This document shows positions 24,226 to 38,274 of a DNA stretch of 64,000 bases, piece after piece. A program made the position numbers and the translations under genes. Under the pieces are notes generated by a model that worked only from the letters and a program-made list of their open reading frames with translations, ran no database searches and had not been told where the DNA came from. The stretch covers positions 57,040,001 to 57,104,000 of the forward strand of contig NC_135659.1 in the NCBI RefSeq assembly GCF_964188315.1, given 5' to 3'. Position 1 is the first letter of the stretch. Every line of letters begins with the position of its first letter. The DNA is from Podarcis muralis. Lineage: Eukaryota.

Positions 24226-26692
24226 TGTCTACAATGCTGTCTTCCTACACTGTAATGTTTAATAGGATTTTCACTTAACTTTAGTGGGCACCAAAGAATA
24301 TATGTGTGCTAGACTGTGACCTTGTATACCATTGTATGACATGAAGCTCACAGCAGAGCTTCACTGTGCATAATACAATCAAGAATAAATATGCTTCTCC
24401 CACACATAGTCAGCATAGTTCTCAATTTGTAACTCATCTTGTGCTAATGAGCAGACTCACTGGCAGACCCTAGTGGTGCTGAAGTAGTCACTGCGGCCTA
24501 TCAATTAATTAATCCAAAACTGGGCCCTCTAGAAATCACCATTGACACAATTAACTACTCCAATCCATCAAGATAATGATTGATAGATAAATTGGTCATG
24601 AAAATCTATCTGAAGAGTATTGTACACTGTCACCTTCTCGGGGCTGATAGATTGAGGCTGGCGCAGCTACACCTAATTGTGCTAAGTGTTCCTTGTGTAC
24701 AAATAATCCAGGTTCATATTCTGTTCTTGTTTTACGTTCCAAGAGGGCTGAATATCTGAACCTTTGGAAAGCTCAAATCCCAATTTTAAGCAGAGGGATC
24801 CCCTAATCTTTGGATGCAAGCCACTCCTTCTCCCACCACCACCCTAAAATCAATGGCAAAATTCCACTGATGGGTTGCAGCCACACACACATATGCAGGG
24901 AAATCTGCAGCTCATGAAATGACCTTAGGGAGAGGGAGCAGGATCCTAGCCCCTGAATGATCGTTCACACAGTTCAACAGAACAAGGCAGAGTTAGCTTC
25001 TACTTTTGAAAAGCTTGGAGTAATCACAATCCTCCTCCACACAGTCATCCCCCCCCCCACCAACAGTAGATTAATGGTATTGATTGTCCCCTCAGGATTT
25101 CTCTCAACTGTTCACATTATAGCACTCCTGTAGAAACATGGTACATCATCAAGATTGGTTATTTCAGCTGTGATCGAAAGGCAAGGAATTCCCTGGGAAA
25201 TTAACAACTAGCTGCATGCAGTGAGTAGATGCAGATGGGCAAGATGAATTCTGCATCATCAAGGTTATTACTGTACTTGTTTGAGTCAGAGCTGGCTCCG
25301 GCTATTTTGCTGCCTTAGGCAAAAATTAATTCCCCCTCCCCCAACATTTTGTTTTATGTAGTGAGGAGGGGGGATTGTGTTTCCTCTACAAGGATTTTCT
25401 TCATTGCAGCCTTGCTAGCTTTCTATGCAAAGAAAGAAAAGTAAAGGACTCTTACTCCATCGTCTGCATGGAATGAAGGGGAAGGTCTGCAACTGGAAAA
25501 TGAATGCATAGTTGACTTCCAATACCTTAAAGCATATTGCCCCATAGGTCTAAGAGGGAGGATGCTGTTCACCCATGATTATTTTTCCAATTAGTTTAGA
25601 GCCCCTGAGATTCTGCTATCCCAGACAACTGCCTGTACTACCTATTGGGTTAGGTTTACCCTGAGAAGAATTACCAAATGCCAGATGACGGATTGCCAAA
25701 TGACAGGTTCTGCCTCTTCCATTCCCCTTTTCCATTGGGGCACTTTGATTAGAACAGTCATGCCAGGGAAAGGACTGTTGCTGTGCTAGTACCAGGACCA
25801 AGCTATTACCCAAGGGAATAGGTAATACTTTTATTCTGAACCGCCATATACACATGGAATGGAGGATGGAATATCACCTATGTTGCTCCATTCCAGCTAT
25901 GATAAATGCAGGGTAAGGTTGATTGTGTTACACAGCATTTGTGGCTAGAACAGTCTACCAGAGCAGCTTGCAATCTAAAAGACACAGCACAAAAGGAACA
26001 GTGGGCTGGGTGGGAGAAGAAGACAAAGCAAATTTAGGCACCAGCTGAGATGAGCACTGCTCAGATAGCCCGATACAATAGTTGCTTCTAGATGACAGTT
26101 GAGGAAGAGCCAAAGGTACCTCGTCTCTCACCAAAGCCAATTGAATGGCTCTGCTTTTCTTGCTCTGCTCTGCAGCCTGATGAAGTGGCTGCTACCAGGT
26201 GATAGCTGAGGGAGAGAAAAGATTGAGTAAAGGTTTTATAAAGTTTATTTATATGCCACTTAAAAAAAAAGAAGCTCAAAATGACTCACAAGAGCAGTGA
26301 TGGTGAAATCCTACCCACATCTTTGCTCCTGGAGGAAGTTAGCATCCAGCAGACATTCCCTTCCATCAGTCTCTGCATGCAGAGGCGCTCCACCGCCATG
26401 AAGCACCCCCCCCCCAGCAGCCATGGAAAGTATGATAAAGGCAAGACCGCTGCTGGTACTGGACCCCAAAAACACATGTTTCAGGGGTAGGGTGAAGCTG
26501 GGCTTGTCTTGCACTCAAAGAAGAGCCCAACCCAGACATCCGTGCTGCACCAACCTCGAGTTTGTGCAGCAAAAAAGTGGAGAACTGCCACCTCCCTTTT
26601 CCCTGGCCAGCAGAATTTCATGTGCTCCACTGCTCCCCTCCACCCTGCTGCTCCCCAACCACAGATAGGATTACTCTGCAAACAAGTCAGTA

Positions 26693-26931
26693 CAGTGGTA
26701 CCTTGGTTTAAGAACCATCCTGTTTATGAATGATTCAGTTTATGAACTCCACAAAACCGGAAGTGGTGTCCCGGTTTGAGAACTTTATCTTGGTCTAAGA
26801 ATGGAATCCAAATGGTGGAAGGGCACCAGCAGTAGGAGGCCTCATTAAGGAAAGTCCCTTGGTTTAAGAACGATTTTGGTTTAAGAATGGATTTCCAGAA
26901 TGGATTAAGTTCGTAAACCGAGGTACCACTG
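26693..26931. mobile_element. Tc1/mariner (Tigger-like) MITE
   Basis: TIR CAGTGGTACCTTGGTTTA / TAAACCGAGGTACCACTG with TA TSD; same TIR family as 18925-19179. Confidence 0.9.
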
Positions 26932-27879
26932 TATACAGTTACATCAAAAACATTGGCCTAGATACATTTCTTACTTACAATATTTCCACATTTAGCAAAT
27001 TGAAAAGAAAACATTCATATCAACATTTCCCTAAATATATGCAATACATTCTAGGTGGCAGCAACCTCTGTTGCTAAAGTCATTCAGAGCATCCCACTTC
27101 CCAGGTGGAAATGGCCTAGACAGAGAGCAGGGACCAGGCCTGGCAGGACTCCCAGCTAGAGGGTCTCTAGGCACATTCAGCCTTTGTAGCTAGAGTACAT
27201 ATAAGCAAGCACTGTGTAAGCATTGAGTTCAGTCCCCCAAACCAGCCACCCCTCAGTTTCTCCAATTGCTTCTCATCATGGTTTTCAGCAGCCTTTCTAA
27301 AATATGCTGAGTCTTGGCAGGATGGAAAGGATAGCACAAAAACAACAGCAGCTCTAAGTTTAAAATATGTTTTATGAGAGATGACTGGTCCTTTCCTTCA
27401 GTTGAATTAAATATAGAAGCAGCTGCTATAAAAGCCATACTGGGGTTTGATTGACAGCTACAGAGCCTCAAGGACAATATTTGTCTGTAAGACATGCAGG
27501 GTACAAAACACATACTGTTCAAGACCCCCTGTGCTAAAACACCAACATCCTCACTTGAATAAGCCCAACCTTCACACCTGGCTCAGAGTGGGGTTCATCT
27601 CTATTGATCTGAACCTGTGGCAGAAAATATGATTTAGTCCTCCAATGTTGCTGTGCAGTGTGACCATTACTGCCATGCAGATGCAGAACTCCTCTAAAGG
27701 TCAGTGGATAATTCCCTGTTCACTCCCATCCATCCACTGACATGTCTGCAGAAAACCATCAACAGGGCACTTTTTCGTGTGCTTGCTTGACATCCAGCAA
27801 GCTGACTGAGGACCATTTTAGATAGGTCACATAGGATACAAAAGAGCTAAGCATTATTACCCATTCCTAAGCCAGGAAA

Positions 27880-29199
27880 GAAATAAGGCCAGTGCCAAAG
27901 ATTGCTCCAGCTACCGCACAATTGCACTCATTTCACACGCTAGCAAGGTTATGCTTAAAATTCTACAAGGAAGGCTCAAGCAGTATATGGACCGAGAACT
28001 CCCAGAAGTGCAAGCTGGAGTTTGAAGGGGCAGAGGAACCAGAGACCAAATTGCAAACATGCGCTGGATTATGGAGAAAGCTAGAGAGTTCCAGAAAGAC
28101 ATCTACTTTTGCTTCATTGACTATGCAAAAGCCTTTGACTGTGTCGACCACAGCAAACTATGGCAAGTTCTTAAAGAAATGGGAGTGCCTGATCACCTCA
28201 TCTGTCTCCTGAGAAATCTCTATGTGGGACAAGAAGCTACAGTCAGAACTGGATATGGAACAACTGATTGGTTCAAAATTGAGAAAGGAGTATGGCAAGG
28301 CTGTATATTGTCTCCCTGCTTATTTAACTTATATGCAGAATTCATCATGTGAAAGGCTGGGCTGGATGAATCCCAAGCAGGAATTAAGATTGCCGGAAGA
28401 AATATCAACAACCTCAGATATGCAGATGACACAACTTGATGGCAGAAAGTGAGGAGGAATTAAAGAAGCTTTTAATGAGGGTGAAAGAGGAGAGCGCAAA
28501 ATATGGTCTGAAGCTCAACATCAAAAAAACGAAGATCATGGCCACTGGGCCCATCACCTCCTGGCAAATAGAAGGGGAAGAAATGGAGGCAGTGAGAGAT
28601 TTTACTTTCTTGGGCTCCATGATCACTGCAGATGGTGACAGCAGTCACGAAATTAAAAGACGCCTGCTCCTTGGGAGAAAGGCGATGGCAAACCTAGACA
28701 GCATCTTAAAAAGCAGAGACATCACCTTGCCAACAAAGGTCCGTATAGTTAAAGCCATAGTTTTCCCAGTAGTGATGTATGGAAGCGAGAGCTGGACCAT
28801 AAAGAAGGCTGATCGCAGAAGAATGGATGCTTTTGAATTATGGTGCTGGAGGAGACTCTTGAGAGTCCCATGGACTGCAAGAAGATCAAACGCATCCATT
28901 CTTAAGGAAATTAGCCCTGAGTGCTCACTGGAAGAACAGATCGTGAAGCTGAGGCTCCAATACTTTGGCCACGTCATGAGAAGAGAAGACTCCCTGGAAA
29001 AGACCCTGATGTTGGGAAAGATTGAGGGCACAAGGAGAAGGGGATGACAGAGGACGAGATGGTTGGACAGTGTTCTCGAAGCTACCAACATGAGTTTGAC
29101 CAAACTGCGGGAGGCAGTGGAAGACAGAAGTGCCTGGCGTGCTCTGGTCCATGGGGTCACGAAGAGTCGGACACGACTAAATGACTCAACAACAACAAC
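27880..29199 (+). mobile_element. 5'-truncated Bov-B (RTE) LINE, ~1.3 kb
   Basis: Reverse-transcriptase (RT) homology, (CAA)n tail, 11-bp TSD AAGCCAGGAAA at 27869-27879 and 29200-29210. Confidence 0.97.
27890..29100 (+). pseudogene. Disrupted Bov-B reverse-transcriptase ORF (C-terminal part)
   Basis: FIDYAKAFDCVDHSKLWQ, QGCILSPCLFNLYAE, YADD (AGATATGCAGATGAC ~28417-28431), KYGLKLNIKKTKIM, LQYFGHVMRRE. Split over several frames by indels and TGA stops at likely CGA codons. Confidence 0.95.
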
Positions 29200-29933
29200 A
29201 AGCCAGGAAACCCAATGAGAAAGGAATATCAAAGGTGGTATCTTTCTAACGTGCGTACACAGCCTCGTTTCCCCAAGGAACTTGGCATTTGTACTACATT
29301 GATACATGGGTCCTCAATATTGTTCCCTCCCATAAAGGTAAAAGAAGACCCTGACTCAGAGAGAGGTAATTGTTTAATGTATGAGACCTATACTATTGGT
29401 TTCCAAGACTAACAAATTGCAAAGATGCATGAATGAACCCATATTTGAAATGGAAAATTGTGGTATTTGGACAATACACTGGATTTAGCATAAGCTGTAA
29501 CCACTGCCTTCCTCTCGATCTTAATTATATTGATTCAACAAAACACGAGGGTGCATATAACTAAGTGAAAAGCCTGGGATATAATAAGAAACTTAAGAGA
29601 CATAATGGCTCAGCTCTCAACATACAAAGGCAGTAACTGTCTGCAAGAGGGAACATACCTTTATTTGGTTTTACTTTATTTTAATCAGTCACCAGAGTTA
29701 TATTATGAGAGCAGTCAGGAGTCTTTGCAACATCTGGCCACAACCTTCAAGGGCTTGCATCTGCTCCCTTCCAAAGGATTCGACTTTGCTGTCACTACAG
29801 CTAGGTAAAATTGCATTTTCTTTATTTGGCTCTACTCCAGATGAGTGCTTTGCACTTTGTGGGATTGCTTTGAAATTATGAAAATGAGCAGGGGAAAGTT
29901 GCATAATTTATCTGGTGACAAATCTTTAAGGTA

Positions 29934-30297
29934 AGGTAAAGGTAAAGGTACCCCTGCCCGTACAGGCCAGTCTTGACAGACTCTAGGGTTGTGCACCCAT
30001 CTCACTCTATAGGCCAGGCAAGCCAGCGCTGTCCGGAGACACTTCCGGGTCACGTGGCCAGCGTGACACCGCTGCTCTGGCGAGCCAGCGCAGCACACGG
30101 AAACGCCGTTTACCTTCCCGCTAGTAAGCGGTCCCTATTTAACGACTTGCACCCGGGGGTGCTTTCGAACTGCTAGGTTGGCAGGCACTGGGACCGAACA
30201 ACGGGAGCGCACCCCACCGCAGGGATTCGAACCACCGACCTTTCGATCGGCAAGCCCTAGGCGCTGAGGCTTTTACCCACAGCGCCACCCGCGTCCC
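29934..30297 (-). mobile_element. Sauria SINE
   Basis: Minus-strand tRNA-derived head GGGACGCGGGTGGCGCTGTGGGT with B-box GGTTCGAATCC, (ACCTTT)n tail, 13-bp TSD AATCTTTAAGGTA (29921-29933, 30298-30310). Confidence 0.95.
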
Positions 30298-32829
30298 AAT
30301 CTTTAAGGTATGACTAGCTAAAAAGAAACTAATATTGATTCTGCTCACAGGAACATCTCTAGAAAAATTACGTAAGATCAATCAAACCATCTAATCAATC
30401 TAACCAATTCTAGCAAGCATGATTTTTCCATATATACGATAGCTTTTTTTAAAAAAAAAGTGATTCCATGAGCTCCAATTAGATTAGAATCACTTCTGGT
30501 GAACCAAGGTTGACTTTATTTCATCACCAAAGGTTAATCAGTTGCTGCTTTGATAAAAATAACTTTAATGTTTATGTTTTATTTATTTGCAAATATTTCT
30601 ATTCTGCCAAACTTTTTAAAAAAGAAAATACATCAAGGTAGTAAATATCCGGTATGGAAAAGTAACCAGCCCTTTGGGATAGCATACAATGGCTGATTCT
30701 CATGTGTGTGCACATTACTTGATAAGGTTCAGCAAAATGTCTGAACTATACATGTTGAATTCTTCATACTGTTAGCATAGTAGTCTTCATATTGTTGGCC
30801 ATGCATGTATAAATCAGCCCTTTGAATTGTACAGGCATCTATTATATGAATGTCATTTGTAGGATTGAGATTTCCTTCATCCTTGCAATAGCAAGGTTAG
30901 CAAAAGATCTCTTGGCATCATGGTCACCTGTGATCAAGAATCTAATACCTAGTTAGGTGCCAACTAAATCCATTCATTCAGAGCAATAAACATCAGCTGG
31001 GTTGTCACTTTAAGACCACTAAAAATATTTTGCTTTAGCCTCCCTATCACTATGAAATGGGGCAGCCAAGTTTATTTACAATTATTGATGAGTTCGTTTT
31101 GTGTGCATGTGAAATAGCATCTCCACCCATTAAAAATAACCCTAGGTGATTATGGAAACCTGCATCAGTACCTGGGGCAGTGGGGGGGAGGGAGACGAGA
31201 AAGAGGTTTTCCATTTCACTGATGATTAGTCAGTCACAGTGTAAGGGGAATAGTTAACTTTTCTCAAAGAAGCAGATGCAGCCAGAATTAAGGCACCTCT
31301 GAATCAGACAATCAAGCATACAGAAAATCCTACAATTGTTTGCACCTAGCTTTCTGGGTAAAGGAACAGTGAACCTAAACATGTCATCTTCTAAGAGTGT
31401 AGACAGTTTTACTGGTAACATACACTTAAACCTCACTGAAGTCCAAAGAAGCATGCAGAGGATTGTCAGCCACAGCCTTAATTTCTTCTCCCTTTCAGTC
31501 ATCAACCTTCCTAGCCTCTTTTCACCCCAAACAGTGCAGCTTGTTCATTCTGCACAGAGTGGGTGACATAAAGGAACAGCTCCTAGTCTGAGATTTCACT
31601 TTGGGCCCAATTCTCTGAGAAAGCCAAGCGACTGTACCTCTAGCTGCAGCTATGGAGCCATGCAGGTGTTGATTTAGTCTCTTAGTTTCCTAGGAACAGA
31701 ATTGCTTATAATTAGAAGCCCTTGTGACTCTGTAGCTGAATAGATGAGCGTCACTTCCTTGTTTTCTCCCAAACTCCTGGTCAGGGTGGCTGCCTTTACA
31801 ATAACTGCGCGACTTATCCTTCTCTCCATGTGCCTCTCACTGTCAGCCCAGGAGCCAAACATTATCAAAATGTGTGTCACAACCAGGAATGTCAAAATGC
31901 AATTAACATTTAAAAACCCAGCTCAACCCAGCCAACGCTGTGCTGTTGAATGGCATTGTCCCTCCCCAGCAGAGACCTGTGTGTGACAATCAAAGAGGGA
32001 ATTGTGTTTAGCTACCAGAGTGACTGGCAGGGGAAGGAGGAGAGGGAAAATTGGCTGTAACAATGAAATGCATTTGCTTCATTAGGGCCAACTCTAGCAG
32101 TTTGAGAGGAGAGATGCCTGAAGATCACGATTGTCCTCCGTTCTGCAGACTGTGCTTGTCTCCTCCACTGTTTGCAGCAAACTGCAGACATTTATCAAAT
32201 AATGCAAAGAAGCCTGCTGGAGAAGACTGTCAGGGTGGGGGATCTGGTTTTTTAGACAGCTGGTCATCGGTGGGGTGGAGGAAGGATGGGGAGACAGGAT
32301 GAAATACTCAAAGATAATTCAGTCCCGTCAGCAAATGGCTCGCCATAAGCAGCACATAATGCAATATTTATCATTCCCAGGAATCAATACAGCTTCATCA
32401 TAGACAAACAAGAGGGATTTGAACAACTCACCTCTTGCCCTCATCACATAAAGGAGAGGAGCAGTCACTGGAAGCCTTTAAAATGTCTAAGAAACAGCTT
32501 CCCAGCACTGCTGAATACAGTATCAAAATTGTGTGCGGCAGTTGAGCAATATCAACTTGCTCAAGGTAGGGAATCTGCCTTATATTGAATTAGACCATTT
32601 ACCTGGAGAGCTGTCTGCACAGGTGCAGAATTCTGTCAACCTCTGTGACTGTAGGAAGTCAGCCATATGCTGTGGATGAAAGCAAGGCCTGGGCATGGCT
32701 TGGTTACTTGCAAAAGTTGCAATAATCATTTGCAATATTTTTACTTAGGCTGTGGGTGCTAGACAAGCCTTGAAATCACATAAGTGACATGATCCTGTGA
32801 ATTATATAGACATACCAATTGCCCAGAAA

Positions 32830-33010
32830 TGGGTCGTGCTATGCCAAAAAGAATTCTGGCCAGATGCTTGTCCAATCTTTTCCTGAAAGCCTCCACAACA
32901 GAAGATTCCACAGTCTCATTAGGCACCTTATGCCACTGGTGAATTGCTCTTTTAATTAGAATGTCCCTTCCTAAATCTTCCTCCTTGTAGTTTAAACCTA
33001 TTAGACAGGA
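32830..33010 (-). mobile_element. CR1 LINE 3' fragment
   Basis: Minus frame reads DLGRDILIKRAIHQWHKVPNETVESSVVEAFRKRLDKHL, typical of the CR1 ORF2 C-terminus. Confidence 0.75.
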
Positions 33011-36000
33011 CCCAGCTAAAGTACTCACAAGTCCAAATGATTTCACTGGGGAAGGAACTGCATGCGCAGAATTCCTCCACTGAAATCAGAGGCTGCATAC
33101 CTCTAAAAACCAGGTACAAGGGGCAAATGACAAAGGGAAGCCATCATATTTTGCCTTGCTTGTAAGCAACCAGAGGGAACTATATCTGGTCACTCCTGGA
33201 AACAGAATGCTGGACTAGTTGAGTCTTGCCCTGATCCATTGGGGCAAATATTACATTGCTTGCTTTTTAAAAAATGGATCTTAAATGCATTCAACACATG
33301 GACCAGAGGTTCTCCACTACTGGACTAACAGATTATGACAGGTCTAAATCCTAGGTGGAGATTTGGAGCCAATTTTTTTTCCACATTACGTAATCCATGC
33401 AACTAATATTGCTGCTATTTATTTCTTTATTGGCAGTGTGGCTTGAAGCTAAGTAGCACATAGAAGTGACATAGTCACAACTCAGAGAGCTTGCAAGCTA
33501 TTGATGGATACAACTGAGGTGGGAATGATTTAAGGGCTAACAAGTGGGAAGGGATGCTGCAGTGGTCACCAGACTGTGTTACAGGGAATCCTGGGGGTGG
33601 TGGGTTGGAAGCTCATCAAGACTTCTTCAGTCTTCAATAGCAAACATGTTTCTCTGAAGACCCACTTGTCCACCACAATTAATCTTCCTGAGACACTCCA
33701 GGTTAGTCTTGGGTGGGCTCTAGGCAAGGATACTGGGGGAAGGGAGAGAGAGCGGTGGTCTGTTCAGCACTGCTTAAAATAGATTTCTGCCCTCATGAGA
33801 ATGGTCTCCCGAGCTGCCAGTCCAACCAGCTTCGGTATGCAGAATGGAGAGTGCCATCTTTGTCCGTCAACTCAACCACACAAATATCTTTAGCTGACCC
33901 TGGCTCTAGATCACACCACCAGTTCAAGGTGAGCAACAGCGAGGTCCAACAGGTCTGCCCAGTGCCCCATTTGAACTGAATGTACTCCTTAGAACACATC
34001 CTAGAATCCTTAAGCATGCAGGGGCTATATGGTGGAAATACAGAAGTTCCCAAATAGAAACTCGGAAAGGCACAAATTGAAAGTCACATAAAGACCAGCT
34101 CTTCCTCCATAACATGCAAAACTAAGAGAGTTCTGTTATTTATTTCAGCCAGAAATGACACAGGGCAATCTCTCATAGAGCTGCTGGCCTCAAAACTTCC
34201 TCCATCAGATCATTTCCCCCTTCCTTACAATGTGCAGATTTACTGCCAATAGCTCCTCTTGGTCCTTTTTAAAGAAAATAGCCATCCTCTTAAAGACTCC
34301 AGTTTGTTGGCCTTTTTCCAGTCACGAAGGTCATTTTCTCTATTGGCCAGAATTGCTATAGCAGTGGGGGTGAGAAGAGGACAATACAGATGCCTTTACT
34401 GAAACAAACAAACACTAAGACAACATATTCTGCACAAGAAAGCCACCACATGTATTTAACAAAGCACTTGTGGTTTTATTGGTACAATGCTTTTTTAAAG
34501 ATAAAATTGATCTGGTACAAGCTGAAATTTCCTCTTTGTGCTAAAGGAAAGGTGTTAGGCTGGGCATCTTTAACTCATCAAACTGAAATATCTGTAAAAC
34601 TCTAATGAGCTGTAATGTCTATAGAACTAAATCCATAAAAAGTTCAGCTGGAGGAGACAAAAAAGAAACCACAAATGATAGACAGACAAAAAAAAAGTAG
34701 AAACGCCTTTTGTAGCACCCTGTTTCTAGACCAGCATGCGCACAAAAAATTCCAAAAGCATCACATCTTCAAGGTCCCAAAAATCATAACTAAGAAATGA
34801 GGAAGAAGTGGTATTGTTCTGCTCAAAGCCCATGTTGCACAACAATGAAGAAGCAGGCTTCAAAGGGCCTCTTCCCAAAGAGAAGGGAAAAAAGATTACT
34901 AAGAGAGAAAAAGGCTCTTCTGTCCTGTTCTCCATTTAAGAGAGAAAATAAAGAGAGAATAGATCTTCAGCTATTATAAACCACTAAAGCTGCAACAATT
35001 CACAACTCTAGGAAGTATAATGAAATTCCCCAACAGAATCCTCAGCCGACATACTTCAACACACAGAGCTCTATCAGTTTTATATGGCCCCATTACCATG
35101 GCATGCTGTTCGCTGCATTCCAATGTATTCATCCTCCAAGGTACAGATAGATTCAGATAAGGTACAGATGGCACATTCACAGTCCTAAGCATGTGCACCA
35201 GCACAGCTTTCTTCCAAACTGCAGAAACGTTTTTGTTTGCAAGGCTGTACTGCAGTCGTTACATTACGGAGGTGCCGCTGGCTGGCACTGGAAGATTTAG
35301 GTTGAGTTCACATGCCTGGGTACGACGTAGTGACAACAACATCAATGGATGAATTTTATGTGCAAAACAGCCACTACAGCAGTGGAGGCTGGTCCATTAT
35401 GAATGGAACGTTGCCCCACCATCCTCAGTCTTCCCTCAGATAGCATACAGCTGCCTGCCTTCTTACTTACAAGCATTTAGGGGTGGATCTGCTTGACATT
35501 GGCTCCAGCTCCACCTACTCTTGGGACTGGTAGGCAGAAGACAAGGAGACCAATGGATTCCAACCACCACTGCGCTACAGATTGAAACACCAAAAGCAGA
35601 ATTCTCATATCATTTCATGTTACCATTAGGTCTAAACTACACATAACAAGAGAGACTGATGAGTCTTCTGACTTCTCTCTTTCTTTTTTACCGTAATATA
35701 AAGCTTCGCAGCACTTCAGATTTGATTATGGTGGTGGTATTGGAAGAAGAAGTGCTTAACCTGTTCCCTGAAGGCTGTTTTTTCAAATAAAAAAACATTC
35801 CTCCAAACTACTTCTCCACCCTGCAGTGGAAAGTACAGGAATCTCATCTTTTTCCCCCCTTGCAGGTGGGAAAACTACTTGATTGCAAAATAGCCCATGG
35901 GGAGGGGGCCACACTGCTGCTGTGATCCAATTCACAACCTCCACAATTGCTTTTCAATTTTAAAAAAAGCCAGAAGAGACACCTTGCATCTCACACATCA

Positions 36001-37688
36001 CATCTGATGTTGGTTCTCAAATACAATATCAATGGATGCCATTCACACATTCAGATGAGCATCATTGACTAATGGGATATGAATCAGGTGATGTCCATGC
36101 ATGTACTTACAAGCCCATATGATAGAATAATAGAGAAGCTCTTCAGACAGGACAGAGCATGACTGAATAGGGACATTTTTCATATGTCCTATGCAAAAGC
36201 TCTGTGGTTTGATTTGCACATGCTGCACAAGCATGATAAAAGCAGTGCATGTTGTTCTGGCAGCATAATCTAGGTATGATGTAGCCATGATGTTCTGCAA
36301 ACCCACATCCTTTTTATTTTTTCATAAAAAGCAAAGATAACCACGTTAGTCCATAAGAAGGAGGAAAAGCACTCCAAATTCCGTAGGTGGGCAAACAACA
36401 TGTTGCAAAATAATATGCAAGCTCAGGTGAGATGTTACACAAAGCAAGTGTTGTGGGGATGTGAAGGAGAAATGAAGAGATTGGCCTGAATCTTGAAGCA
36501 TTGAGGTCTGCATTTTGACTCAATCTAAAGATGGAGACTGCAGACTGAATTAGTCATTGTTTGGTGCTTGTAGGCACCAGGTTACACCTAGGATTCTGGG
36601 GTGATTTCTTTTTTCAGGGATAGCCTCACATATACCTGGGAAATCATTAGAATGCCAAACCAGAAATTAAAGAAGTTTCCAGGAAGATGCAACTCTATAT
36701 TTAAAATGGTGGCCGTCATGAACAGATTGCATAATGAAAGTATCACAAAGATATAGAAAACTGGTAGAACCTACCTGGCAGCAAGTCAGTGTGTCAAGTC
36801 CAAAGTGCAAAAGTCAGAAAATGCAGTCCAGGGATGATCCAAGTAGCCAAGTCTGCAGTTCAGCAGTCAGGATACAGTCCAGAGTCAAACCTGAAGCACA
36901 GTCCCCTAGAGGTCCAGGCACATCCAAGTCAAGGCCCATCAACATGAGCAGTTGAGCAGACACAGCACCTCAGCTCTGCTTCCCTTTTGCATGCTGATTG
37001 CAGCATCTGGGCTTGATGAGGCATGCGACCCTCACCTGTTCCAAGCCTTCTCCAGCTGAGGAATCACACACCTTCTCCCAGAGCTAGCGAGCCCCACCTG
37101 GCCAGCTAGGGAGTTGGGCTGTGGGTCCTTGCCTGCCTTAGCCTCCTAGAGCACCACTCCCACTGCTCCCTATGTCTTAGAGTCTACCATGTTTGTGGAG
37201 ACAAGGGCCTCTCTGGCTCCAGTGATGGGTCCTGCTGCTCTGGTTCCTGTGCACTGACCCCCATCCCCTTGCCATTCTCCGTCACCCTGTCAGTACTTCC
37301 TTCACCATCCATGACTTGCCCCAATGTGTTCCAATCCTGGATACACTCCTCTTCCTTCTCCCCATCATCCTGCCAGTTCATGACACTCAGTGGTAGAAAG
37401 CATACATTTGGGTTTAATCCTGAGCATTTCCAGTTAGGACTGGGAAACGTTTGTGCCTGAAACACTAGACAGCCACTGCCAATCGGTTTTGAGGACATTG
37501 ATCTACATAAACCAATGGTCTTAAATGAAGACTGATTTCTTTATTTATGAAATGTGATGGTAGCCATTAATTTAGATGGCTTTGAAAGGGGATTAAACAA
37601 ATCCATGGAAGACATATTTATCAATTGCTATTGGAACATTAATATTCAGTAGCCACTGGAAACCTCAGTGTCACTCAGAGCAACAGTA

Positions 37689-38051
37689 AAGGTAAAGGTA
37701 AAGGTAAAGGTAAAGGTAAAGGTAAAGGAACCCCTGACCATTAGGTCCAGTCATGGACAACTCTGGGGTTGCAGCACTCATCTCACTTTACTGGCCGAGG
37801 GAGCCGGCGTACAGCTTCCGGGTCATGTGGCCAGCATGACTAAGCCGCTTCTGGTGAACCTGAGCAGCGCACGCCGTTTGCCTTCCCGCCTATTTATCTA
37901 CGTGCACTTTGACATGCTTTCGAATTGCTAAGTTGGCAGGAGCAGAGACCAAGCAATGGGAGCTCACCCCGTCGGGGGAATTCGAACCGCCAACCTTCTG
38001 ATCGGCAAGCCCTAGGCTCTGTGATTTAACTCACAGCGCCACCCGCGTCCC
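37689..38051 (-). mobile_element. Sauria SINE (different subfamily, (ACCTTT)6 tail)
   Basis: Same head; body differs from the other three copies; 13-bp TSD CAGAGCAACAGTA (37676-37688, 38052-38064). Confidence 0.95.
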
Positions 38052-38274
38052 CAGAGCAACAGTACAGGAGGACTATTGCCTTCAAGCTCTGCTTGTGGGC
38101 TTCCAAGGGACATCTAGTTGGTTGTTGCTATAAACAGGATGCTGGGCTAGACGGCTGCTTCCCTCTCTCATAGCACTGTCTCCCTGTCTTGTAATATTAG
38201 AACTTCTGGACACCCAACAAACCTGGCTATACAGGACAGGTGAAATAAAGTACTTATTTGTGCAGTGCATAGGT

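Noticed and set aside
26281-26700. Overlapping ORFs and an apparent minus-strand donor at 26289
   Set aside because: The ACTCAC lies in a degraded LINE-tail-like motif (AAGCTCAAAATGACTCACA); no good acceptor and no recognisable peptide.
28059-29307. 203-aa and 220-aa ORFs as host genes
   Set aside because: Fragments of the Bov-B reverse transcriptase and its antisense frame.
33793-34053. Protein-like minus-strand ORF (KDICVVELTDKDGTLHSAY)
   Set aside because: No convincing flanking splice sites and no recognisable homology.
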